Source of the DNA: Magallana gigas
Lineage: Eukaryota
Assembly (NCBI RefSeq): GCF_963853765.1
Contig: NC_088860.1
Span: forward strand, 16,678,001-16,742,000
Direction of reading: 5' to 3'
DNA length: 64,000 nucleotides
Below, in pieces: positions 53,701-64,000 of the stretch (its first letter is position 1; every line of letters starts with the position of its first letter). The translations under genes and the position numbers were made by a program. Under the pieces are notes generated by a model. That model ran no database searches. It worked only from the letters and a program-made list of their open reading frames with translations, and was not told where the DNA came from.

Positions 53701-54240
53701 TCGATTTTGAAGTTGTCAAAGCGGATAATGGATTTAAATTCCCAGGTGGAGTGAGACGGATTTACACGAGACAGTATAGTTTAATTGCGCAAGAATTTAA
53801 AAAAGTTGAAAAGACTTCGATATTTTAATGTTACCAGATAATGTATGTAAATGTTCATTGCGATACCTTTTTTTCGGTGCTGGTATTGGCCGGTAGAAAG
53901 TCAGACATGTTACGATCATGAGAGCAATCTTTGCAAATAGAAGAAATTAATTTATATACATGTAGTTTGTCTACCTATGAATTAAATCAGGAGCATTACA
54001 CTGACTTCAAGAAACGGCCCATTTGTAAGAGTGCTAACAAAAACTGCTGATTTTTACAATGGAATTCTTTAAAAACGCTAGTGCTGAATGTCATGCTGGT
54101 TTTTCTTTGTTTTGTTATTGGCTTAAAAAAGATAATATTTTCACTTTCGGCCCAAACTAAGCAGACGTGCTTATAGAGTAAAACTAAAAATAACTAATAT
54201 TGAATTGCATGTTATAAAAACCATTATATAATGAATTAGC

Positions 54241-54242
<2 letters not shown>

Positions 54243-54302
<60 letters not shown>
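54243..54302. repeat. (AG)30 microsatellite
   Basis: Direct reading. Confidence 0.97.
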
Positions 54303-54308
<6 letters not shown>

Positions 54309-57218
54309 ATGCCAAATTAGAACAATATAATTAATTTCTTTTCTAAAAATTCTTTCAGCTTAAATACATAAACTGAATAAAAGTAAATATTCACGGTCGG
54401 TTTCATTTTCAAAATACTACCTGAGACTTTAATATACCCCGGTCTTTTTTAGAATAATATTTTAAGCCCGATCATTGAATGTGAACCTATAATCCACTAG
54501 CAATCGGATAGTTTAGAAAGAGCGCCCAATTTCTTCCCAACCACTACTATTACACATTTTGAGTTGGACATTTTTATGGAATCCCACTGGGAACGCATCG
54601 ATCGGTTTTAGGCGAGAGTTTTTGTGGAAAAAAAACTTTTAAAAATCTATATTCTTGGGAAATAAGGAAATTCTTTTTTAATTCGGAAACCAAATACATT
54701 GAGGTATGTACGAGTGTCAAGGGTCTCTGTCCTTTAAAGCCATCTCTCGATCCTCATTTTGTTTTCAATTGTAATAATGTTTTGAAATTTTTACTTTGTA
54801 GGCTAGCTTTCCATTGACGATTTATTCGTAGTTTTAAAATCAGATTGATGAATATAGTGTCAGTTCGTTTTACAGTTTCCTTATCTCTTGAAAGAGTTTG
54901 TTTTTGCAAGGAAAAAATGAACATGTTTTCAATTGTTTTAAACAGGGAATAGAAATCTAGACGTAAGTGCGTGTATATACTATTTCACCAAGGGTCAACA
55001 ATTTTAAAAACTTTTCAGTACACCTTAAAGAATAATCACATTTTCATATAGTGTCTCTTAATAAAATCTTTGTACATTGAGAATTTGGCTTACGAGGAAT
55101 GAAACAGAGTACAGTCAATTCAGTAATAAAACATTAACGATGTCGCCCCTTTGTAAATTAAGCAGCAAGACTAGCTTATAAAAAACCAAAGTCATATTTT
55201 TTTTCACTTTCACTTTTATACCATGTGCATCGGTTGCTTGTTGTTTTCTTGTTTCAAAACATAGTATTTTGTCCACGGACGGCGTTGTCTGCTGACTTCC
55301 CATTCATTATCCTCATTAAATGATATCTGTAGATGTGAATTATGATAATCTAAAACGGGCACACTAAAGGTGGTTGAAGGTAGTAGTGGGTGAAGGACAC
55401 TTTATGTAGATAGAGTCCTATCTCCATTCATAATGCGCGAGGAAGGTCAGTATATATACTTTGTATAGATATGAAACATGCTGCAGTGTAATGCAATGCT
55501 GCAATGGGAATGCATCGTGGGTGTTTTTAGGAGGTGTAAGTATTAGTGGAATAGGCAAACCATGGTACTGGATTTAGAAAGAGGAATTGTTTTCTGAACG
55601 TTGCTGTGAAATATGTACTTTGATTGTCACATGATGTCATTGCTATCCATCCCTTTGCCTAAAGAAATCAATAGTGTCTGGCTGGGTATTTATGGGAGCG
55701 AATGCATGTTCGATTAATTTCGAAGCATTTGATAAATAATTATCAAACGCAAATCGTAATACATGCATCGTTTCATCTTTGGACTGGGCAATGATCACAT
55801 ATACTTTGTGATTATTTGAGTCTATTATACACGGATAGCATAATGATTTCCTGTTCTAGTGGATTATTTCTGAACAGTGCCAAAGTTTTGTTTACAATGA
55901 CAGATGCTTTTTGTCACAGTTTATGTGTGTATGCTTGATGATAATTATTAATCATAAAGTGTCAAGGTCAACCATGAACCATACTGCTTTTATACTGGGT
56001 CCAACATTTACAGCCCTTTGTTATAATATCGTATATAACGTTGTGAAATCAGGCGAAATACAACACCTCAAGCTCGACATTTCAACAACTTGTGTTAACA
56101 TTGTCTTGCGAGAAAACAGATATGGCTTGACGTTTCGCAATATGAGTGATCTGGGCCTAAAGAAATTTATGAAGCAGATATCATTAATAATAACAAATAT
56201 TGATCGAAATCGTACCTTCTCAAGAAGTATAGAGTGTTTAAAACTAATATGGGGTTTAGGAAAAGTGCTCTGGAAAAATATGATGGAAAACGGTCTATTA
56301 GAAACAACTACAACAAAATTGTTATAAAACATTGTTGGGTTTTTTCTGCTACGCATGCCAAAAAAGCAAGATTGGTTCAAGGAAATATTAATATATTTTG
56401 GTTAGAAGAACTGACCATCATGCATTTTCCCTAAAAATGGGAAAGTTTTTGAAGAATTCTGTCAACTTTTATATAAACTGCAGCCTATACCTAAAACTGC
56501 AAAGGGGTGCATCTAATACCAAAGTGCTAATTAACATCCGTTTTCTAAGGTTCGACAACGCACTGTAGTCTTAAATTGATGTAATGACATTCATGTCCAG
56601 TCTGATTGACCTGACAATGGTAACACTTGTGATCTTTCCATGGAGTAAAAGTCCCAGTCCAAACGATAAATTCACACCAAAACTGTAGTACCGCTATTTT
56701 GCTAAACAGAAAGACCTTGTATCGGTTTGCACCTTCGTGTTTAAAAGATTGGAATCAAAAAACACCTGTAAGTGGATTAGACTCACGTGTAGGTGAACAT
56801 TCCTGTTTGAATAGTTTTTATTATTGTTAAGGTGTGAAATAATGATATATTACACATACATATAACACCCATAATCCCCCTGTAATAACTGTTTCGTATA
56901 CCTTTTCAATTGCATGGCTCGGCCGACCTTGAGCTCTTATGGTTCTTATAATAATGCTCGATGAAACATTTACACATATCTTTCGTTAAAAATTAAATGA
57001 TTGATAGGAAGATTTTTTTTTGCTGTTTTGAAACCATTGTCTGTTGTTGTTTTTTTTTTATTGTTGAACAGATGTTATTGATATTGTCATTTGTTTTAAG
57101 ATGTTTGCATCATGTGTTTTTGTTTTAATTGTTCATCAGAGTCGGCTAGTCCATCAGATTCGATTTTTGAATGACGATATGAAGTTATTTTTATCATTTC
57201 TTTCTTCTTTCTTTTCAG

Positions 57219-58152
57219 ATGTCAAAAAAGACGACGTCATTGGTACAAGTAGAGAATTACATCAGCTGATTGACCAATCAAACTCCCGGGGTCTTCATTT
57301 TGAAATCCATTGAATTCTATTTCTCGCAAAAGTGATCGTGCCGCATGACGATATATAGAGAAATATATTGAACTTTTCATCACAAGCAAGTCGCTTTGCA
57401 TGCGCGACCAGCGTTGGAGGAGATAAAAATTCCTTCTAAGTAAAAAGATTTACGGTGTATTTAAGACTTATAATTCATAAAAACCTAACGGTCTGTCAAC
57501 TAAGAAAGTTCAAGTGGATTAATGGAATTTAAAGAAGGTAAACCGTAAACACGACTTATGGTAACTATTGCTAAGGTTGGAAAGTTCACTATATGCTCAG
57601 ATTAAACGTCGAAGTAAGGTTTACCGACCAAATCCAGAGAGCAAAAGATTTTCTCGGAGAACCAACTTGCAAACAATCTAACGATATCACAACCTAACGA
57701 GAGAACAAAAAAAGGATGCATACTATCTGGAGGAACAAAACAACGTGTCTGGACTGTGGTGTAAATTGTCGACAGTGCTTAAATGTTAACAAGTGAGATT
57801 TAATGCATTTTGAACGGCAAAGTTCAGACACAACACGATCATGAAAGGAATGCATTTCATTGAAAAGGGATAGTTAATAATCAGGAATAGGATATCCGGA
57901 AGTCTCGTTCCTTGGATGATATATAGTCGTATGAAATCAAGAAACGTGATTCAGTCGAGAAAATTCGGGTAACCAAGAGACTGTCTTCCTAACCGTCATC
58001 AACTTAAAATTCTGGATATTGCAGGGGAGTTTCACTTTAAATAATGTCATCGATGTGAAATGTTTAGTACAATGTATGGATGAGGAACTGTGAGTTTTCT
58101 AAACCGAATTTTTTGTCAGTCTGCATTAATTGATTGGCAAAGAACGATCGGT
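57219..58152 (+). other. Putative 5'-UTR portion of the coding exon of the 5-HT7 gene
   Basis: Very strong acceptor TCATTTCTTTCTTCTTTCTTTTCAG| ending at 57218, 934 nt before the ATG. An alternative acceptor (CTAAAC...TTTTTTGTCAG) ends at 58119. Confidence 0.45.
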
Positions 58153-59595
58153 ATGGATCATACTCTATCTTACATTGACACCAACACATCCGATGTGTAT
58201 TCTCTCTCCAATGAGACCGCTCAGAATTGGAGCACGACGGGGCTTCCTCCAGAGGAAATTCCGCAGTTCTCACCCGAGTCCCCTTACACCCCGGTTGAGC
58301 AGGCCTTTATGCTGTTCTTTCTCATTCTAATGATGATTGGAACAATAATAGGGAACTCTTTGGTGTGCATAGCAGTCGCATTAGTGAAGAGACTTCAGAC
58401 ACCTTCCAATCTTCTAATTCTATCTCTTGCCGTCTCGGACTTGTTAGTAGCTGTTTTAGTCATGCCTTTAGCTGCTACCTATGAAGCAGCGGGCCATTGG
58501 CTTCTTGGGGATATTTTGTGTGATATTTTCACGTCACTGGACGTGATCTTGTGTACCGCCTCCATCTTGAATTTGTGCATGATCAGTGTGGATAGGTATC
58601 TCGTGATAACGCGTCCATTCCAGTATGCAATGAAGCGGACACCTCGGAGAATGGGTGCCATGATTGCAAGTGTTTGGGTACTGTCTGTTGTGATCTCTAT
58701 CCCTCCACTGTTAGGATGGAAGTCCGAGAAACCGGCCTACGTGTGTTTCATAAGCCAAGAAATAGGATATCAAATCTATGCAACTCTTTTGTCCTTCTAT
58801 ATTCCACTCATGGCGATGATTTTTGTGTATTTTGGAATATGGCGGGTATCCTCGCGTCTGGCGAAGAAAGAGGTGAAATCTCAGCCTGGTAGCATTGACA
58901 GAGGAACGGAGACGCTCTATCTCCCTTCCTACCGTACTCCAAGAAATAGCAAAGAAAGTGATTACGGAACCCATCCGAATGGAATTCTCAAAAACGGCGG
59001 ATGTGGTGATGACTCTAGTAAGAAAAGTTCGAAAGAGGAAGAAGAATCCATGTTAGATATGCTAGCTAATCATAGGAATAACAATCGCAGGAGATTCACA
59101 GTGAAGTCTCTGCTAAGCCGAGGAAATAAGTCATCACATAAAGAAAGAAGAGCAATAAAGACTCTAGGGGTGATAATGGGCGGATTCACTGCTTGTTGGT
59201 TGCCATTTTTTATTCTTGCCGTCATCCGACCATTCTGTGGCGTGAACAAAGAAAACTGTTCCATTCCAGGAAGTCTAATGAGCATATTTAACTGGTTAGG
59301 TTATTTCAATTCATTTCTGAACCCTTTGATTTATGCTCGGTTCAACAGAGAGTTCCGAACGCCATTCATAGAAATTCTCTGCTGTAGGTGTCGTAAAATT
59401 AACATTCGTATCCGCTCGGAAAGTTACGCTGAACAGTACGGCGAACCCACGACGATTCGGGATACGACTTTTCGCGAGAGTCTTAAACCTGTCTCGGACA
59501 CCGTGGTGCGGTACGATAGCCAGGGGATGACGAATGTTTACGTCGGAAACGGAAATACCAATAACCACGATAAAGACAGGGAAAGTGTTGTGTAA
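58153..59595 (+). CDS. HTR7: Serotonin (5-hydroxytryptamine) receptor, 5-HT7-type class A GPCR, 480 aa, CDS without introns
   Basis: Single 1443-nt ORF. First in-frame ATG is at 58153 (ggtATGg); the ORF track's 58090 start is a GTG. Seven hydrophobic segments carry the class A motifs GN (TM1), LAVSD (TM2), aminergic Asp in LDVILCTASI (TM3), DRY, FYIP (TM5), CWLPFF (TM6) and NPLIY (TM7). N-glycosylation sequons NTS/NET/NWS lie in the N-terminus and CCRC follows helix 8. The segments SQEIGYQIYATLLSFYIP, FFILAVIRPF and the tail EQYGEP resemble invertebrate 5-HT7 (Drosophila 5-HT7-like) rather than 5-HT1. Subtype is recalled from family knowledge, not tested by search. Confidence 0.93.
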   Translation: MDHTLSYIDTNTSDVYSLSNETAQNWSTTGLPPEEIPQFSPESPYTPVEQAFMLFFLILMMIGTIIGNSLVCIAVALVKRLQTPSNLLILSLAVSDLLVAVLVMPLAATYEAAGHWLLGDILCDIFTSLDVILCTASILNLCMISVDRYLVITRPFQYAMKRTPRRMGAMIASVWVLSVVISIPPLLGWKSEKPAYVCFISQEIGYQIYATLLSFYIPLMAMIFVYFGIWRVSSRLAKKEVKSQPGSIDRGTETLYLPSYRTPRNSKESDYGTHPNGILKNGGCGDDSSKKSSKEEEESMLDMLANHRNNNRRRFTVKSLLSRGNKSSHKERRAIKTLGVIMGGFTACWLPFFILAVIRPFCGVNKENCSIPGSLMSIFNWLGYFNSFLNPLIYARFNREFRTPFIEILCCRCRKINIRIRSESYAEQYGEPTTIRDTTFRESLKPVSDTVVRYDSQGMTNVYVGNGNTNNHDKDRESVV

Positions 59596-62500
59596 CGATG
59601 AGTTACACCCCCTCCCTACTCCCCCAAACTCCAACTGTACTGTTACCAAACTATTACACGTTTTTAGTTTCTTTTGCGTCCGTTTATTTTGAGTTTGTAC
59701 GTTCAGTGCTTGAGCAGCAAACGCTGAATGCATTATTGACAGTCTGTAAGGAAAGTGTTCTGTTTTAGGATAACCTTTCCCTTATTATCTGTGATATAAG
59801 AATATAGTTATAAATGTCTTGTTGACATGTACTTGCCAAACTGCAGAAGTAATATATACAAGAGTTATTATTTGTTTTAATGAAACTGACTTTTAAAAAA
59901 AGGACATTTGAGATTATTTAACCATGACAAGAGTTTGCCATTAGAAGTCAATGCATCATGTACTGCAATTCATCCTGCATTTGAAATACACAAAAACAGT
60001 GATATTATAGTGTTTCTGCAATATTATCATTCGTTTACAGTAGGTGGACACTGTAAGTTTGGATGGAGGAATTCAGACATTCATTTGTATATCGACAGCC
60101 TATCACACACGATTAGAATCTTAAGTCTGTTTCCTACAATGCTTTCGTTTTGTTAAATTGTCTGGAAAAATTGCAATATCTACCATTTACACTTTTATCA
60201 CACGTATTAATGTCGTGAAATGGACAGGGCCGTTGGCCATTAGGATTATTAAAGACAGTTTCCAAATACTACTAAAAGCAGCGAGCGAAAGAAACTTGTA
60301 TTGAAAAATCTGTGTAAGCCACTTACTTAGAAGGAGTGTTACTCTTAATTTGTTGTACTCGGAATTATTTTCTAGCTAGACAAAACTAAATTAAGAACAT
60401 TATATTACTAACAGGTCATTGAATTGATACTTGCCCGTCGTCAAAGAGCGACGCCAATAGATTAAATGATTAGGTCTGGTACAAACGAATTCTTTTCAAT
60501 AAGTCTAAATCATGTTTTACAAATCCCTACTGGATTATTGTTATTTAAAGTTAATTTGGTCCACAATTTTTAACCACTGCAAAGACCGGTTTGATAACTA
60601 TGTAACTTTGAAAATAAACGTATAACAAATGCTCCAAAAATAAGACCCTCCCCAAAAAACATGAAAAGCATCGAAACTTCAAAATAGTACCAGATGGGGT
60701 TTTTTACCCGGGCTTCAATAAGTGAGGTATTTAGGCCAATCCTTCCACTTATTTAGTATTGTATTATCAAACAAACCCCTTGCTATTTCTAAGCGGATTT
60801 TAGCGTATATTTGGTAGATGGCTCTTTTCACGGAACGTCCCGCTACAATGAATTAAATAGAGAGAAAGTTCTGCATGGCATCATACAAGTAGTTAAACTA
60901 TTTCGATCTTTCATTTATTATATAAAAAATTCTATGCGAATAAATTGATCAAGCTGCATGAAGAGGATAAATAGGTCAAATGTCCATTTGTAATATGGTT
61001 CAATCCTTCTGCTCAAATCCAGACAAGCAATTCACCAGCAATATCAATCCAAACAACCTGCATTTATTTATTTACATTTTTTCACTCATATTTTACTGCT
61101 GAACTGTTCCTGTCATGTTGTTATGTTGTCATATTGTAAATTTTTTATTCACTGCAACCTAGTAAATTCAAATTTACAATATGACATTTTCATCACGAAA
61201 TTTAAAATGCTCGTTCTTTTCATTTTGTCGATTCCAATAAAGCTCATTATTTATTTTTCTGATTTACATGTATTATTTATAGGATTTTTTTTGTTTATTT
61301 AAAGCATAATATGAATTATTTTATTGTAAATATTGTACATAATATTTATATGTATGTTGTTAAGATATGAAATCATCCTGAAATCCGTCGGTATCTAATT
61401 CACAAAGTGAATTCACCTTGCGTTCCAATTCTCAATGATTGTTTTGTGAAAACCAGTCTTTAGTTTCATTTTTACTTTTTTAACAATTGATGAATTTTCT
61501 GGACTATTGGGGCTGAATCAGTTGTTCACTGTGCTAATACTCATTTTTATTTGATAATTTATCAGCCACATGAAAACTAATCTATTTGTTAAATTTATTT
61601 TTTCCTTGATAATTAAAAGAAGTTCACTTATATCTTTAACTCTATTTCAAAATGAAGCTTAGGTGATTTTTTGAAATAAAAGTGACATGTCCTTTTTTTT
61701 GGTACCGAAAAGATAACTTAAAACAAGTTAAACACAAAGCAATGACTGGTTACTATGTGTTTGAAATTGTCTTGATTTCATTTTCCCCATTTTTATCATT
61801 GTTTTGACTGGTAATTCTCAGTACAAAGAGTGCTTTTGTAAAAAACACAAATGCATTTAACAATACTTGTTGCGCCAAAATAATGAAATAAAACAAAAAT
61901 ATATTGATAATTTTTGTGTTGTTTTTTTTTACCATGGTTTTCTAACCATCTTGAAACAATCTTGAAGAAATACTTGTGTCATAATGGTTTCTCGTTTAAA
62001 AAATATACGCTACAACTTTCCTGAATACCAATTGCACACATATCATTATTATCTGGCGTTCGCATTCTGTCACAAACAGAAATCGCTACATAGTCGGATA
62101 AAGACGCCTCATTTCCGGTCAAGAGCCACCTATTTTTTTTTTTTGATTTTGGTTACCATCAAATGTGGAACGCGACAGAGACAACCAGTTATAAAAGAAT
62201 TAATGAGTTTTGGATTGAAACAACATTAAATATGTTTTATTTACTCATGATTGAGATGTTTTTAAGGTCATCTTTCGCGCAACGTATTTCAAGCAAGGGT
62301 CAGTCTTACTTTCATAATCCTCTTTTTACCCTTTGAATAAGTGTGGATGTTATAGGGAGTTGTTCTTTGCTTAATCAGAACCTAGCCCTTTTTTGCTACG
62401 AGTATTCAATATTAATTAAAACGAATCTATTCATACAAATGCTCTAAATTCGGCGATAGATGTTTTCTAGATTGATTATCTCAATTGTTTAAGATTAGAG

Positions 62501-63673
62501 CTTCAAAAGAGTTTCTTGACTTCTTCCTAAAGCTCTTAAGCAACAGCTTAAACCAATAATCACACGTTAACGCGCAAAAGATAGAAACTTTAAACTAATT
62601 GACAAGTATACGTAACACACGGTTCTTGTTTTATTTGCTTAACTTCACGGCTTATTTATCAATGAGCAATATATACAACAAGGATCGGTTACTCTTCAAT
62701 CGGGCTGCTGGGCTTGTTCATAGAAATATAACCCAATTACACATATCCCGGGGGAAACTCGATTACAGGCGTATGTGTAATGTTATGACTGGTCGGCCAC
62801 TGGTTCAGACCTCATCTGAAATCTCCAAAGGGACAAATCAAATAAAGTTGAACGTAATTGATATTTACAGCTCATCAATCTGAGAAGATCGTGATAAAAA
62901 TTTAATGGAGGTGCTGATGAGTGGTCAAGTCTCCATATCCCACAATGCCACTCAGAATAGAGCATCATGGGACTGTAATTAGGAATATTACGTATGTACT
63001 ACATCTTTTCTCAGAGTTAGTTGTTAATAAATATACCTGATACGAAAGACGATATAGCTTATAGCTTTATAACTCTCCATGGCTCTCCAGACAAATTAAC
63101 AGTGGCTATATCCGTGTGTAGTACATTGATTTGGCGGCTTCGATTCCCAGTAGATGTTCAAACTGTGCATCATCACGCCGAGATATATAAGTATTATGAT
63201 CTCATTTGCTTTTTCGAAGCCAAAACAGATTTGATTTGATTTACAGTCGGAGACAAAACAAAGAGAATTTCACCCTAAGAGTATGAAGAACAAGAGAACA
63301 TTTCATAGCACGGACGTTTATTTTGGTGAAACATTTTAACCGGGAACTTAAATATTGGCTGTAGATTGCAAACATTTTTTCCCACAGCAAAATATTTTAC
63401 AAGGCCCGTAACATCTCTTATACAAATATAATACACAGTGAAGTAAATATTTCTAGTTATTGTGTAACAGTTTTAAATTTTTGAAACTACAGTAAGCAGA
63501 CCTTCAATACTGTAGAACTAGTGTACAATGTTGTATGCAAAATGCAACGATTGCAGACCATCAACTCTAATGACGGGATGAAGAACAAATGGGTGCGTGA
63601 AGTTGAAGTTATTTCATATTCACTTTCTTTTCTTTAATACAGTTATTAATTGTACTTTTTTTTACTTTTACAG

Positions 63674-63790
63674 CAAAAAACGGATGAACCAGTTACCTCA
63701 TAAACTACTGGGTACATCGAGTATGTCAGAGCGGGAAAAAAATGGGAGTCGGGTACGAATGGCTGAACAACATTGCAGACGTCCATCCGG
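63674..63790 (+). other. Candidate exon, 117 bp, of an unidentified downstream transcript
   Basis: Acceptor TTAATTGTACTTTTTTTTACTTTTACAG| and donor CCGG|GTAAGC. One frame is open (KKRMNQLPHKLL...CRRPS); another reads YLINYWVHRVCQSGKKMGVGYEWLNNIADVHP after a TGA. Confidence 0.5.
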
Positions 63791-64000
63791 GTAAGCAGAT
63801 GACAAAGCATGCTTAATCATGAGATAATGATAACTGATCTGATAATCCTTTGGTATGCTCATCGAATAAGTCGATTTAAACTGAAACTAAAGGCAACAAT
63901 GCTTTATTTGCCATGTGGGAAGTAAAATCTACATATTAGTAGGTATGTTACAATATTATTAAGTTACATGATTAAGCATACGTCAAATTAAATCCATACA

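Noticed and set aside
58090-58152. 21-codon N-terminal extension in the ORF track
   Set aside because: It starts at GTG just after an in-frame TGA (58081). The ATG at 58153 has good context and gives a normal-length N-terminus.
58064-59733. Six small overlapping or antisense ORFs within the receptor
   Set aside because: They are shadow frames of a real coding sequence and carry no motifs.
59596-61900. 3'-UTR end and poly(A) site of the receptor
   Set aside because: Several AATAAA hexamers occur in AT-rich sequence; none can be chosen without transcript data.
62911-62965. CTGATGA followed by a GAGTGG/CCACTC stem, as a hammerhead or C/D snoRNA
   Set aside because: No GAAA after the stem and no D box (CTGA) within the hairpin.

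Overview
AT-rich (roughly one-third GC by eye) eukaryotic genomic scaffold with two sized N gaps. It is very probably bivalve (Crassostrea/Magallana-type oyster), inferred from a 166-bp satellite carried inside a Helentron-type element. Only one confident protein-coding gene is present: an intronless-CDS serotonin receptor of the 5-HT7 type (58153-59595, +, 480 aa). The upstream ~57 kb is intergenic/intronic. It holds two candidate spliced 5'-UTR exons, several non-autonomous DNA elements (some nested), a family of long fold-back hairpin elements, microsatellites and decayed coding-like patches. No rRNA, tRNA or CRISPR array is supported. I found no clearly new multi-gene system. The most interesting signals are: (i) ~10-fold enrichment of TACATGTA, which is the shape of a Tc1/mariner excision scar; (ii) a satellite-loaded Helentron-like element with a dimeric higher-order repeat and a G-quadruplex motif in most monomers; (iii) fold-back elements with TTCG/CGAA apices and a 32-bp perfect palindrome flanked by a 7-bp direct repeat; (iv) a probable decayed hammerhead ribozyme; (v) a long, spliced, uATG-rich leader for the receptor. 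Everything was read by eye; no database searches were run.
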